Shown here piece by piece: positions 1 to 13,229 of a stretch of DNA of 64,000 nt (position 1 is the first letter of the stretch; every line of letters starts with the position of its first letter). Below the pieces are notes generated by a model, which was not told where the DNA came from, searched no databases, and saw only the letters and a list, made by a program, of their open reading frames with translations. The DNA is from the human T2T-CHM13v2.0 reference genome, Homo sapiens. The stretch is from assembly GCF_009914755.1 (NCBI RefSeq), contig NC_060941.1; one strand, given 5' to 3'. Position numbers and translations under genes: made by a program.

Positions 1-1179
1 GCACTTTTTCCCAGATGCCCGTGATAGTGGCATTGTGCTGTGGCATTGGCCTCTGCTCTGTCCTCCCTCTTGCTCTGTCTGCCCAGTTCCTGTGAAGCCT
101 AGAGGCTTCTTAGTCTGGCTCAATGTCTTCAACAAAGAACACTTCCCAGTCCATTAGGGAGAAATTTCTTTGGGGTCCCTTTTATGATTGCTTCCCTCTC
201 CAAACCTATTTCTGGATGATAGGGTGTGATGATCCTGGAGTTCTGGGCGTCCATACCTGTCTTGGACAGGGGAGCTACCTTTGTCTGCATGTCCCAATGA
301 TGGCTTTGTGGTCAGTCCAGGAAGAGCGGGAGGCAACCCCACCGTGGCTGACCTTTGCCTTCTAGAAAAGTTAGTGTTGCATCCCACCTGCCCTTCCTCT
401 CTCATTCCTGAAGGCCATCTGGTTCCTCTGCTCCTGGGGAAAGTGCCTCCAAGCACTGAATCTTTTGGCTGCCATGGATATCAGGGAGCCAAACGGACTG
501 GGTTTTTCTGGGTGCAGGGGAGGTGGCGTCAGGGGTACCTACCGGTGGCGGGATGTCGGTGTGGTGTCGTTTGTTGAAACCTCTTGGCCCCTCTGGCAGC
601 CATCCCTGAATGTGGCTTGGACTCAGGCACAGGCCCTGTCTCACAGGTTTTCTAGTGTGCTTGGCTTTTCCTTGGCTTTGTGTGGGAGGTCCCAGCGACC
701 CACCTGCGCACACCTGGATGTCACTATCTGTCTCAGCATCGCCCCATACGGCCTCAAAGACACACACTGACTCCATCTGTTCTTGGGGAACATTAGTGCC
801 ACGTGTGGTCACATTGGCTCCATCTTGGACTCGCCTCTGTCTCTCCTTGCACATGTCGTGGAAAGCAGTGTCGGGATGCCAGAGCCCCGAACCTTGGAGA
901 TGAAGTCAGGCCACAGCTCCACCTAGGAAGGAGGGAGGCAGTGGGCTCATGGATCAGTGCATTTTCAGCTGACAGTATGCCTTGCAGCCCTTAGGATCTT
1001 TCTGTGCCCCAGCGAGACCCTTCCCGCCTCACTGCATTGTAACCCCATTCCTGATCACCCCGTGGGATCCATAGTCAGATCTGAAGAGGAGTCCAGAGAG
1101 CCCAGCCGCACCCTGAAGCTCCTCCTCCAATGGGAACCGAAGCAGAAGACCGATCAAGAAGGTCCTGTTGACAGGACCT

Positions 1180-2030
1180 CTATGGGTCCAACCCTTGGGC
1201 CTCCTGCAGGACCCTCTCGTAGTCCTCTTCCCACCCGCCGCCTCGGACTGCGCTGCCGCCGCCACCGCTGCCCCAGTCCCCAGTCCCCTCAGCCGCGCGT
1301 CGCCGCCATTTTTTAAAGGACCCGCCGCCTGACTCCGGAGCAAGCGGGGATTCGGCCTCGCCAGTGCGCATGCACAAGGCCTGAACCTCCGCTTTGGTCG
1401 TAGTGATTGCCACTGTTGCCCGAGGATGGGTCCCTGAGACTTTGCGAAGTAGGAGCCCCGTGTGATTGTGCGTCAGAGTCGGGTCTGAGAGCAGTCCTGG
1501 CCAGGGCATTAAGAGGATGGTCTCCGGAGCCTGGGATTCTCGGAGGGTCGACCACCAGGAAGAAACCTCAGGCGGATCGCCGGGGCGGCAGCGCGAGATC
1601 CCAGCCTCAGGCCTGGATTCGGGGAGGGTGGACGAGGGCCCTCTCCCAATCTTCACTTCACCCGCCGCCGCCCCAGTCCCCGCAGCCGCCGCTCCGCGGT
1701 CATTTTTCTTTTCTTTCTTTTTCTTTTTTTATAGTCGGAGTCTCACTCTGTCACTCAGTCGAATGCAGTGGCGGGATCTCAGCTGACTGCAAACTCTGCC
1801 GCCCGGGTTCAAGTGATTCTCTTGCCTCCGCCTCCCGAGTACCTGAGACTAGAGGGATTAGTCAGAGTCGGGACTGAGACCAGTCCTGGCCAGGGCATCA
1901 ACAGGATAGTCTCTGGAGGCCGGGATTCACGGAGGGTCGTCCAGGAGGAAGAAACTGCGGGCGGAGGGCCAGGGAAGCAGCGCGGGTTCCCAGCCTCAGG
2001 CCTGCACGGACGGTGTGCCAGTGAGTCTCT
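1180..2030. promoter_or_regulatory. CpG-island promoter-like region, possibly bidirectional
   Basis: Dense CpG; YY1 motif CGCCGCCATTTT at 1301-1312; NRF1-like TGCGCATGCACA at 1365-1376; plus-strand donor CCA|GTGAGT at 2020/2021. Confidence 0.6.
1705..1858 (-). mobile_element. Truncated Alu (right arm only)
   Basis: T-rich tail followed by GGAGTCTCACTCTGTC...GGTTCAAGTGATTCTC...CCTCCCGAGTA. Confidence 0.85.
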
Positions 2031-3182
2031 TCAAAAAAGGAGAGGTTTGCTTGTGTGCCCGTGGGCTGCTCTCTCACCAGTGGGTTGTAGTCGTGGAGAG
2101 CAGAACCCTGAAAATTCAGGGGCTGCCTGGGGGTAGGTGTTACCGTGCCACTGCTGTATGTCTTTGTGCGTTTGTGTGTGTGCGTATGTCTCTCTCTTGT
2201 TTCTCTCTCCCCCCTTTCTCACTCTTTAGCTCTGTGTCCGTCTGTGTGTGCGTGTGTGTGTGTTGGGACACATGTGCCCTGTGTGCCAGAGGGCGGTATC
2301 TTCTACGTCCACCTTTCCTGTGGTCAGCCTCTCTCCGCGTCTCTGCCTGGCTTGTGTGGCCCGTTGTCAGTCATTTTTCTGGCGGTTCCAGTTTAGGTTT
2401 GTGAAGGTCCAGATGAGGTGGGGAGCTGCGTCTCTCTTGAAAGAATTTAAATCACCTCCCCACCCTGAGAGGCCTCTTTTCTAGGATTAAGGCCTCCACC
2501 CCCCAGCCAAGGATACTAGCCTCACCGGAGAGGTCATTGTCTACCTGCAAGAACAGTGAAGAGTGACCTGAAAGAAGATGGTTCTCATTCGTCTCTCTCT
2601 TTCATCTCCTTGAAATATCTAGCCACAGGGTAACACAGGTTTTGAGAGGATGGGAACGGAACGTGGCAAGGATCTATGAGTGTGCAGGCTGTGTTTCACA
2701 TATCATTAAACATAGTCTAGTGAGGGTTCTGCAGATAGCTGGTGTTTAAGTTTGTTTTATTGAATCAAGGAAAAGAAAAAATGCTGAGAAAAAAATGACA
2801 CAACTTGCCTGCCAGCCCATCTGACTGTTACAAATTTAATAGTAATTTTAATTTATCTTCTCATGTAAAGGTCCTTGGCAGTGATACCTAATTTCCTAAG
2901 ATAGCCTTGCTTTATATTGTATGATTAAGATGTCATGCATATCAGAGTATCTGGAAATTCTTCCCAACGTCCTTGACATACGTGATTAATCACATTTCCA
3001 AAATAACATACCAAAACGAACAACAGAAAATCATTTTAAGTTGTGGTTCCTTCATGCACAAAACATTTCATGTGTGTCTGGCACTCTTCTGGCCACAGAT
3101 TTCATCTTAACCTAAGTATTGAAACGCTTGTGCCCTTTGATTAATTTTTCTATGTAAATACTTTGGTAATAAGCTACATTGA

Positions 3183-4023
3183 GGCCAGGTGCAGTGGCTC
3201 ACACCTCTAATCCCAGTTCTTTGGGAGGCTGAGGCCAGCAGATCACGAAGTCAGGAGATCAAGACCATCCTGGCCAACATGGTGAGACCCTGTCTCTTCA
3301 AATATACAAAGAGTTAGCCAGGTGAGGCCAGGCTCTGGCTTATGCCTGTAATTCCACACTTTGGGAGGCTGAGGAGGGTGGATCACCTAAGGTCAGGAGT
3401 TAGAGACCAGTCTGCCCAACATGGTAAAACCCTGTTTCTACTAAAAATACAAAAAATTAGCCGGCTGTGGTGGCAGGAGCCTGTAATCCCAGCTACTTGG
3501 GAGTCTGAGGCAGAAGAATCACTTGAACCCAGGAGGCGGAGGTTGCATTGAGCTGAGATCATGCCACTGCACCATCTGGCCTGGGGTACAAGAGTGAAAC
3601 TCTGTCAAAAAAAAAAAAAAACCTGGTCTATACTAAAAATACAAAAATTAGACCCTGAAGGTCACATCCAAATGAGAAAGACATTGTTTGGCTCAAATTG
3701 TCTGACACTAAGGAATAGTGCAGACTGGACAAGTGAGGTGACTGACACCTGTAATCCCAGCACTTCGGGAGGCCGAAGCTGGTGGATCACCTGAGGTCAG
3801 GAGTTGGAGACCAGCCTGACCAACATCGTGAAACTCCATCTCTACTAAAAAAAAAGTACATGAAAATTAGCCGGCTATGGTGGTGCATGCCTGTAAATCC
3901 CAGCTACTCAGGAGGCTGAGGCAGGAGACTTACTTGGACCTGGGTGGCGGAGGTTGTGGTGAGTGGAGATCACACCACTGCACTCCAGCCTGGGCAACAA
4001 GAGTGAAACTCTGTCTCAAAAAA
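3183..4023 (+). mobile_element. AluS cluster (left arm 3183-3324, full copy ~3325-3620, full copy ~3730-4023)
   Basis: Alu consensus motifs and A tails. Confidence 0.9.
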
Positions 4024-4589
4024 CAGAATAGTGCATAGTAAAAGCAGATTTATGTATGTATGTATGTATTTTCAGAGAAGCAGGGAATCTGGAATTTTGG
4101 GTGAAATGTCTGTTTCCAGAAGCTGAAAGTGCTCTCAAATGGAAAATTCAGGTTAGCCTATATCAAGCTTCTCCTTGTTCTATGTGTGAATAGCATGGGA
4201 CAGAGGGAACAGCTTGAGCCAAGGCAGGATGGTGGGATGGGACAGATGGCCAGGGCTGCTGCACTGGGGGCTGTGGTGGAGGATTTGGCTGGAAATGCAG
4301 GTGGGATCAGACCATGAAGAGTCTCAAACACAGACCTGAGGACCCTGACCTTTATCCTGGGGGCGGCACGAAGCCATGTTAGGTGAAGGAACAAGGCTGT
4401 TTCTCCCTCAGCACTAGTGCAAGGAAAGGCCAGGGAGGCCCTCAGTGGAAGCTTGCTGCTGGATTTGTTGATGTGCCTTTTCTCCTGCCTGCACTAGGGT
4501 CAGAATGGCCTGGGGTACTGCACACTTCCTCTCAGGAATAGAAGGCCCCACAGCTATAGCACCTCTCTTCCCTTTAGTTCTTTGGAAGG

Positions 4590-5420
4590 ATGAGCAAAAT
4601 TATTCAGCCTCTCTGAGCCTCAGTTTTCTCATCCATAAAATGAGGACAGTACACCAACCTCACAGGTCACAAGGATGTTATGAAATCAGGTGAGCACAGC
4701 ATAGCAGGTGTATTTTTGGGTCCTATTATTACATGTGAACTAAGTTGCCTTGTAGAAAAGGCACAGGCTCAGGGGACCTGTGTTTCAATCCCACTGTGCC
4801 CCTGTAATGCCCACCTCTCAGGGATGATGGAAAGATTAAATTCATGGAGATGATGTTTGTGCAGCATCTGATACCCAGCAGATGCCTAAGAACCTAACTT
4901 ACCACCCACCTGAGCAAGCACAAGCAGTCCTGCTCCTCCTGCAAGCACTGGGGATGCTGCCTCCCACCCGCCTTAGAACACTGCTCCTCCTCCCTCTCTG
5001 CAGGGGGCATTTTGTAGGCCTCAGTCGCTGGGCTTGCTGTCCTCTCACCTGCCTCTCAGCACGGGGCTCAGAGCACGCATTCTTCACCTTTGCAAGAAGC
5101 TTCTCTACGCATCCCTGCCCCCAGGCTTGCTGAGTGCATTCACCTATTGTCTTATTTATAATCAGGACAGAGTTGCTCCCTACTGTGTAGATGAGGAAAT
5201 GGAGACCTAGAAAGGGAAGGAAAGACCAACACTTTGAGCACCTGCAATGTGCCTGAGGCAATGTACCAATTAGCTCTGCTTCACAGCAGCCCAAGAGGGA
5301 GGTATTATTCTTCCTCTGTGTAAATGTGGGTGTTGAGGCTCAGAGAAGGGCAGCGACTTGTCCAAGGTCACATAGCAAGCAACCGTCAGTGGCTGAGGGC
5401 AAACCCAGGTCTTTCTGACT
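4590..5420. mobile_element. MIR fragments
   Basis: CTCTGAGCCTCAGTTTTCTCATCCATAAAATGAGG and GAGGCTCAGAGAAGGGCAGCGACTTGTCCAAGGTCACA core motifs. Confidence 0.7.
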
Positions 5421-6235
5421 TCAGAGTGTGGGATTTAGAACAAACATTTGCAACGTGAGGTTGACAGATCCATCCCCCAGTACTGTTCCAAGGACCAGAT
5501 GGGGTCATAAGTGTGTGAGTACATGACATGGTGCCCAAGGACTGGGAGTAGAAGCAGAATCCCATCCACCTCCACCTAATCATACAGAGAAAAGAGACAG
5601 GAGCCCAGGGAAGGCAGTGCTGTGCCCAAGCTGTCAGCAAGCAGTAGGCAGAGCCCAGGCCCTTGCTTTCCCATGCCCCCCCCTTCCCAGTTCAGGGCAA
5701 GGCCACCTCTCCAGGGCCTTTCCCTCCCCTAGAGAGGAAACTCCCCAAGTTCCTCTGACCAGGCAGGAGAGCGAATGAGAGCAGAATATTCCACTTCGGC
5801 ACACACACCTGGAGCCTGAGGCTGAAAGCTGGAATCCCAGACTTTGACACTCAAGAAGGCACCTCCACACTCTTTCAGCACCTCCACCTGGGACCTTCAT
5901 GAGCACCATGCTTCCCTCCCAGGAGAGAGGGGGTGTCCCAGAGACACTGGGGCCCTTAGAAGGCACTATGAGTTGGCAGTGACTGCAGCAGCCTGGTGGG
6001 ATTGCGGGTGGTGTAGGAAGCAGGGGAAGCAGATCACAGCACTCAGGATGGCCAGAGCTGAAGGCATCAGAGTCTCCTGCCCTTGCTCTGCAAAAAAAAA
6101 CCCATGGCATATTCCCCTCCCACTCCACACCTCCCAAGGTCAGCAGTCGGCCCCAGAGGAGGAGGAGCGAGGCCTCAGGAGGACGGCAGCCACTGCTGGC
6201 AAGGCGTTGGTGTTCTCTTGTTGAACTGCACAGGT

Positions 6236-6687
6236 TGTCAACATCAGACAGGGTCGCTCTGTGACCATGATGGGTCAAGACAAAGCAAGGTCACTTGGTA
6301 GCTATCATGGCTCAGCTCATGCAAAGCATGGACAAAAATGACCTCACACCCCCTCCCCTGTGTCTATGTCATGACCACTACCTCTTTGTCAATTGCAGCA
6401 TTAGCTTCGGTCTTGTCTTCTTCCTTCCTTCTAGGTAAGATTGGGGAAGATGCCAGGTGATAGAATCCACCCTGCCTCTGACAGCATCCAATCTGGAGCA
6501 AAGGCTTCTTTCAACCCTCCCCCAAGCTCCCAATACAAGCCCAAATTCTGGAACAAGTCCTTTCCAACACCTCCTTCAGAGAAACTCCCTGGCTCCAGGC
6601 AGTGCTTGCTCCCCTCACTGCAGCAGGAAGCCCAGCTTGCGAACTGCAGGTGTGCTCCAGGTGGTCGCTGGATGCAGGGTATTGACA
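6236..6687 (+). mobile_element. Solo ERV1 LTR, MER31-like
   Basis: TGTCAA...TTGACA termini; internal CTCTGTGACCATGATGG and CTGACAGCATCCAATC motifs recalled from MER31-group LTRs. Confidence 0.6.
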
Positions 6688-7232
6688 GATGGATCCCATC
6701 GATACCCCCACTGCATAACCATGTAAGCATATCATCCCCCACTTGCACATGAGGAAACGGAGGTCCACAGGGTGGGGAAGGGAAGACATAATTTGTCCTT
6801 CAAATGCGATACCGGTGAGATGTGAGAGGCAGCACCCCTCATAACTCAGTGAGGCAGTGGGCACACCAGGACCCTCCCAGGCAGATCGGGTGTGTGGTTG
6901 CCCCCATTGCATAGCATGGGCGGGATTTGGGGGACCACACATGGGTCTCGCCACCTCTCCACGGGCCCGACCTCCCTGCAGACCCCCAGGACAGGGTTAG
7001 CATCTGCTTGCTGGCTGGCGTGGCCGCCAGAGGTCTTTGCTTATGTCTAATGTCCCTGTAGTTGTTCACAGGATGGGAGCTGCTCCTGAGATTCAGCACC
7101 ACACAGGCACTGCACAGCACTGTGCCATGGTGGTGGGCACTCGCTTTCCAGATAGGGCCCATGTTGCCAGCAGGCATGATGCATCATTTACCCTATCCTG
7201 AGTGCAATAGGTGGTTTTATAGAAAAAAACTT

Positions 7233-7512
7233 GGGCCAGGCGCGGTGGCTCACACCTGTAATCCCAGCACTTTAGGAGGCCAAGGCAGGTGGATCTTAAG
7301 GTCAGGAGCTCAAGACCAGCCTGGCTAATATAGTGAAACCTTGTCTCTATGAAAAATACAAAAATTAGCCAGATGTGGTGGTGGGCGCCTGTAGTCTCAG
7401 CTACTTGGGAGGCTGAGGCAGGAGAATCATTTGAACCCAGGAGGCAGAGATTGTGGTGAGACAAGATCATGCCACTGCACTCCAGCCTAGGCAACAGAGC
7501 AAGACTCCATCT

Positions 7513-7546
<34 letters not shown>

Positions 7547-7550
7547 GAAA
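7233..7550 (+). mobile_element. AluS, full length
   Basis: Complete dimer with A/GAAAA tail. Confidence 0.95.
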
Positions 7551-8584
7551 AGTATTTGTAGATGAATGAAGGTGACCCCTTTGAATATTGGAAATGATTT
7601 TATTGTAGCCATTGGTCTGGCACTCATTCTGATGGGGTGACATGTGCCCCTGCCTTAGCAGAGCACAGGAGTGTGCTACACCTCCCCTCATCTGAAGATT
7701 CAGCCCACGAGCAGGAACGCCTGTCTTTGTGTCATACCAACAGAGAGGATCTGTCTGGTTTCACCATTCACTGCAGAGGCAGAAATTACCCAGAAAGAAG
7801 AGATAATCTCTTCCCGGGAGTGTGTCCTTTTGACCTAGCATGGGGGTCATCTCCCTTCCTTGGCCAGGACCCCCAACCTGAACACAGAGGCAGAGAACAT
7901 GTGGAGGGCTCCCATTCCCAGGCGGCCCAGGGTGCAAGCTCTGAGCCTGTGGTCCTCGTCACTGCCCTTTTATCCACAGCATGGCTGCCACCATCCTGGG
8001 CTGGGGCACAGAGGGGCTTTACAGAGATCAGCATAACAAAAGCAACACTGAGATGCTGCAATAGGAAACCGTGATACCTTCGTGGGCTGCCAAGGCAGCC
8101 TAAGCTATTTGTTGCTCCACTCAGTGTCCCCAGACACCTGTGTGGCTGTCACTGCCTCTGGTGTGTCCATTTTACTTCTCTTCTCCTGCCTGAGCTTCTG
8201 CTCTGAACTCTGTCTCTAACTTACAAGAAATCAAGCTCACTGGATTCTGAGCTCTTCGGGGTCAAGGACTGTGTCAGTAGTTCATGTCTCTTTCTAGAGA
8301 TCACAGCTTAGTATCTGGCACAGAGCAGATACTCAGCCAATGCCAAATGATTCATTTGCCGGAAAGCTGAATTTCATCCATAATCCTAGTCAATGCAAAT
8401 ACATTCTGCCGGTGGGGTGTGTTTGTCCTCTGAAGGCCTTTTCCCAGGCTTTGTAAATACATACAGGCCATTTAGAAATTTGAATGTCAAAGAGTAAAGG
8501 AGCTTAGAAAGTAAACATTGGAGAAGTGTGGGAGGGTGGTATTATTTGCAAAACATTCCTGGGTCCTTGTGAGTTCTTTACACC

Positions 8585-9000
8585 TTTGATGAGCACCAAT
8601 TCTGGGCCAGGCCAGACACCCAGCTGGACCCAGGAGATACTGAGGTGAGTAAAGCCAAAATGCCTCCCTTCAGCAGGAGACAGGCAGTCCTACCAAAGTG
8701 ATAAAGGCACAAAACCCAGAGGCAGCAGAGGAGCAAGGACTACCTTGTTCCTGGACTGTGTGACCTCAGGGAGAGCTTTCAGAGGAGGACATCTGTGCAG
8801 GGCTTGGAAGGATGAACACAAATTTGCCTAGCAGAAAAGGGAGCCAAGGAAATCCTGATGGAGAACAGCTTGGGTAAGAATGTGAGCCACAGGACTGAGG
8901 GGCACAGGCATGGAACTGGAGGAGCAGAAAGAATGAGGGGGGATAAAGTTGGGAGGTCAGCAGAGGTCAGTCACAGAAGGTTTTGAATCCTGGTGAGGGA
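8585..9000 (-). mobile_element. L2 fragment
   Basis: Degenerate L2 3' region motifs. Confidence 0.45.
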
Positions 9001-9475
9001 GAAGTGGGTGCTGCACAAGGGACATGGGCCTGGAGGAGATGCAGTTAGCTCTGAGTGAAGACAGAGCATGCCATCCACTAGGGAACCACAAGATGCAAGA
9101 GAAATAAGAACCCCGAGAAGCCTGCACAAAGGATGAGGGGCCCAGGGGTAGCACCAAGAAGGTCCCTGTCAGAGACCAGCTTTGAACGGAGACAGAAAAG
9201 ACTCTTGAGGGCCTCAGCTGCTGCAAACCTCCTCAGCAAATCATATTTTACCTTCAAATATTTGCTAAAGAATACTAACTATTGGAAGAGCAATGGTCCA
9301 TTGATAATAATTATTCCCTCACTGTACATTTTTTACAATTCTCAAAATGCTCTTGGTCCAGTGTCTCATTGGAACCCCCATAAAATCCCATTTTACAAAT
9401 AGGGAAATGAGGCCCTGTGATGTCACACTGAGGTTTGCAGCAGTTCCAGGATAGAAAATAGGGAGCACTTTCATC

Positions 9476-9867
9476 TCAGCCCTGGGTATAAGTCTCAAAG
9501 TTCCTTTTCTGGGAGGGGGTCCTTGAGGCCATCCAGCAGCCCATAGTCCAAGTCTTCTTCTTCCTCCTTGGGCTTCTCCACACCTGTGCCCAAAGCCTCC
9601 TTCTCCTCCTTTGTTCTCAGGTACCACTACCAGTTGTTGGGCAGGGAGACCTCCTGCTGCTGCCCATCCTAGGGTGCATCCTCCAACATGGGTGCATTGT
9701 GGTTCAGCCAGCACCTACACCACCTGCAGCCCAGGGCTCCTGTGGTGGGCCTGAGGTTCCTCCCTGTCAAATGGAGATGTGCTGGGGTCGCTGCCTTTGC
9801 TGAAGCCCATGTCCAGGTTATCTTGGGGGTGGCCAAGGGTACAGGGCCCTGGGGACAGGCCAGAGGG
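9476..9867 (-). pseudogene. BSNDP: BSND exon 4 remnant (C-terminal coding part)
   Basis: Acceptor TTTTTGCCCCTGTAG then PLACPQGP.../QDNLDM...DREE/...[51 protein letters not shown], versus barttin [20 protein letters not shown]...[54 protein letters not shown]; terminal GGC TGA retained. Confidence 0.92.
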
Positions 9868-9919
9868 CTACAGGGGCAAAAACCAAGAGGATGAGGGGAT
9901 CTCTGAGTCAGACCACCTG

Positions 9920-10110
9920 GATCCACATCCCAGAGACTAGCTGCAAGGCCTGGGGAAGGCTGGTTTACCTCTCTGGGCATCAGTTTCCTCCCCTGTAAAG
10001 TGGGAGGTATAACAGATTCACTCCTACAGTTGTCTCTGAGCTTTACAGCTGGTAATGTGTGCAAAGTACTGCGCACAATGTCTGACACATGGTAGGTGAT
10101 AATAAACAGG
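9920..10110 (+). mobile_element. MIR
   Basis: CTCTCTGGGCATCAGTTTCCTCCCCTGTAAAGTGGG...GACACATGGTAGGTG. Confidence 0.7.
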
Positions 10111-10639
10111 GTTACTATGATATCATCATCTGAGCTAGGTCACTCATGCACTTCTCCAATGCCTCAGGGTTCCCCTCCATCCCTCACAGGGTAGCAGCAA
10201 GTGAAAGGGATGCCCCTGGCCTTGAGGAGCTCACATCTTCTCATTTCCCAGGGGTCTCCATCCAGTGCCCACACATGCCTGGCATGCAGTAGGCGCCTCA
10301 TCCACATCTGGTGAAAGAGTGGAAAGCAGGTCATTGTCATGTATTGTTTGGCACAGAATCTGCAGTAGGGGACAGAGAAGTGAGTGACTGTAGTTGTGCC
10401 CACCAGTTCCTGTCCCTGAACTTTCAGGGATCAAGAGGCCTTAGCAAGTCTAGTACCAGGGAGTGGGCACTGTATGGTGGAGCAGGAGGCAGGTCCTAAG
10501 AAAGGCAGTGGGATGAGGAGAGGAGCTCTGCATTTGAGGTCTGGGAGATCCTCCACCAGGACCTCACCAAAGGCCCCGGGCAGGTCATCCCTCCTCCCAG
10601 AACCTCTCTATGCTCTTCTGTATAATGGGGCTAGCCTGG

Positions 10640-11128
10640 AAGAGATACTTGCACAACCATGTTCAGAGCAGCATCATCCACAATAACCAAAAGGTGGAAG
10701 CAACCCAAGTGTCCATGGATGGATGGACGGATCAACAAAATGCTGTCTATGCATGCAGTGGAATAGTGTTCAGCCTTGAAAAGGAAGGAGATTCTGACAC
10801 CTGCTGTGTCAAGAATGAACCTTGAGGACATTAGGCTGAGCAAAATAAGCCAGACGAAAAAGACAAATGCTGTATTATTCCACTTTTCCAAGGCACCTAG
10901 AGTAGTCAAATCCATAGAGACAGACAGGAGAATGGTGGCTACCAGGTCCTGGGGAGGGTGGTGATTGGGGAGTTGTTTTTAAATGAGTTACAGAATTGTA
11001 GTTTTACAAGATGAAAAGCATTCTGGAAATTGGTTGCACAACATTGTGAATGTATTTAACGCCACTGAAATGTAAACTTAAACATAGTTAGACAGTAAAT
11101 TTTAGTTTATTTTACCACAATTTTTAAA
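10640..11128 (+). mobile_element. L1MB-type 3' end inserted into a MIR
   Basis: GGAAGCAACCCAAGTGTCCA, TCCATAGAGACAG, TTTTACCACAAT L1M 3'UTR motifs; MIR resumes at ~11129. Confidence 0.85.
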
Positions 11129-11625
11129 ATGGGGTAGTTATGCCTGTCTCCTTGTGTTGCTGTAGGATTTCATGAGATAACATATAAGGAACCACCCAAC
11201 ATGTTGCCTGGCACATAGTAACTGCTCAATAAATCACAACTGGATGCTATTGAAGATAAAGTTACCTGAGTTCTCTGAGGCTTGCTCTCTTCAGCTGAAA
11301 ATCCTCCCAAAATATATTAGATGAGATCCTACTGTATTATACTGGGTTCATAAATAGCACTCCCCCTTTTCCCTTCCCACAGAGTGCAGTGAATAGAAGA
11401 TGCTTCTCTGCACCCCAAAAGCTCCATGCTGATTGCAAGAAGGAAATGCTGGGTGGAGGGGTTCCTAGAACTACTGTGAGGGGTGAGCTTTCCCCAGATG
11501 TCTAGAAATGAGGCAGGGGCCTGACATCTTCTACCCCCACTAAGGTTGCCTTGCAGTTCCCAGCTGGCTCTATACTTCCTAGAAACTGCCATTTTTCTGC
11601 CTCCATTACCTCATAGCCCAGTCAG

Positions 11626-12133
11626 CACCATTATCATCATCACCATGATCGCCATCACCATCCTTACAATCACCAACACTATCATCGTCGCCACCACCAT
11701 TCTTACCGTCGCTATTCTCACCATCATCAACACCAGCATCTTCACCGTAACTATCACTATCGTTATCACCACCTTCACCATCACCATCCTCACCATAATA
11801 ATTATTGTCACCCTCCCCATCCTCATAATCATCATTATTATCACCATTACCATCACTATCATCATCACTATCACCATTCTCACCATCATCATCCTCATCA
11901 TCACCATTATCCTCACCATAACTATCACTATTATCATCACCACCTTCGCCATCACCATCCTTATCATCACCATCACAATCACCACCATCACCATTCTCAC
12001 CATCACCATGTTCACCTTTACCATTCTCACCATCATCATCACCTTCATCATCCTCAACATAACTATCACTTCATTATCACCACATCCACCTTCACCATCA
12101 CCATCCTCACCATCATCATCACCACCATCACAA
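11626..12133 (+). repeat. Degenerate (CAT/CAC)n array A
   Basis: Directly visible triplet periodicity. Confidence 0.95.
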
Positions 12134-12189
12134 TGATCCTTGCTACATGGAACCATGCATTCTGGGTAGGAGGGATCTTGGGTGAGGGC

Positions 12190-12740
12190 ATCTAACACAT
12201 CTTGTAGGATAGAAACCCAGCCCCTCAGGGTCTCACAGTTGGTGAAGTAACTGATTCTTGTGAGGTCATGTTCCTCTGGGTGATGTGGGATGTCACAAGA
12301 CCAATAAATATGGGCTGAAGCCCATCGCATCACTTCTTTTTTTGTAAAATAAGCTCCATCATCAGTAGTAATTGTATGATAGCAGAGAATAAGAACTCAG
12401 CAAATGTAAATAATTTGATGCTATGAGAAGCATATGAAGTGGAGTCCATATTCCAATATGCATCTATTCCAGTGATGGCAATTCTTTACCACTTCCATGA
12501 AGGAAGGGAAAAAATATTATTACAACATTACCAGAAATCTGTCTGGTCTAGGCAAGGTAGTTCCTCTTTCCAGGGTCTCAGCATTGCTCATTGTCGGCAG
12601 TCAGGGCACTCATCTGGGCAGTAGGCAGCACTGCTGCAGGGAAGTTCATGTTATTGGAAACATGTAGCATCTTCTCCTGCTATCATCGCCACATTCTCCA
12701 TGAACCCACTGGGCAAATGATGAGGAATCTGGGAAAAGTT
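12190..12740 (-). mobile_element. ERVL/MaLR internal (integrase-region) relic
   Basis: TCTATTCCAGTGA...CTTCCATGA...GGGCACTCA...CCATGAACCCACTGGGC matches the antisense of ERVL pol as recalled. Confidence 0.65.
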
Positions 12741-12749
12741 CTCATAACC

Positions 12750-13205
12750 AGAATATAATCATCCACATCAGGATATCAGCATTCACCCAACACTACTGTC
12801 CAATCAACAGATGCTATAATCTTATCCAAATTTTCTCAGTTGTGCACTAAATACATTTTTTTTGAACTTTGTAATCCAGGATCCAATCCAGGATTTCCCA
12901 TTGCATTAATTGTCATGTCTCTTAAGCTCCTTCAACTTCAAACAGTTCCTCTGTTTTGCCCTATTTTTCATAACCTTAAGAGTTTTAAAGAGCATAAGCA
13001 TTTATGAAGGATGTGTTCACCTTTTTCCATCTGATGTGTTTCCACATCCAGACTTAGGTCATGTATCTTTCACAAGAAAACCACAGAAATAATGCTGTGG
13101 TCTTCCTAGGACATCACAGCAGGAGGCACATGATCAAGTTTGTGCCAGATTTCTCCACTGCAAAGTCATCATTCTTCCAATTGTAATTGATAAGTATTTC
13201 ATATG
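12750..13205 (-). mobile_element. L1MC-type 3' fragment
   Basis: CCAGGATCCAATCCAGGAT...TTGCATT...TGTCATGTCTC motif. Confidence 0.7.
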
Positions 13206-13229
13206 AAGATATTAATTATGCATACACAT

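Larger units (their letters stand above)
1..2580. repeat. GC-rich pericentromeric/subtelomeric interspersed repeat block, REP522-like
   Basis: GC/CpG-rich, internally duplicated block ending abruptly in AT-rich DNA at ~2.6 kb; resembles REP522-type sequence from memory; family not verified. Confidence 0.5.

Noticed and set aside
123-2484. Overlapping ORFs in the first GC-rich block; FAM90A considered
   Set aside because: No peptide similarity recognised; expected in GC-rich repeat DNA
9601-9745. Strong-looking plus-strand acceptor at 9620
   Set aside because: The pyrimidine tract is the antisense of Glu/Lys codons in BSND exon 4; no independent evidence of use
11546-12333. 196-aa Ile/Thr-rich and 240-aa Met/Val-rich ORFs, plus His-rich ORFs at 26647-27378
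   Set aside because: By-products of stop-poor (CAT/CAC)n repeats
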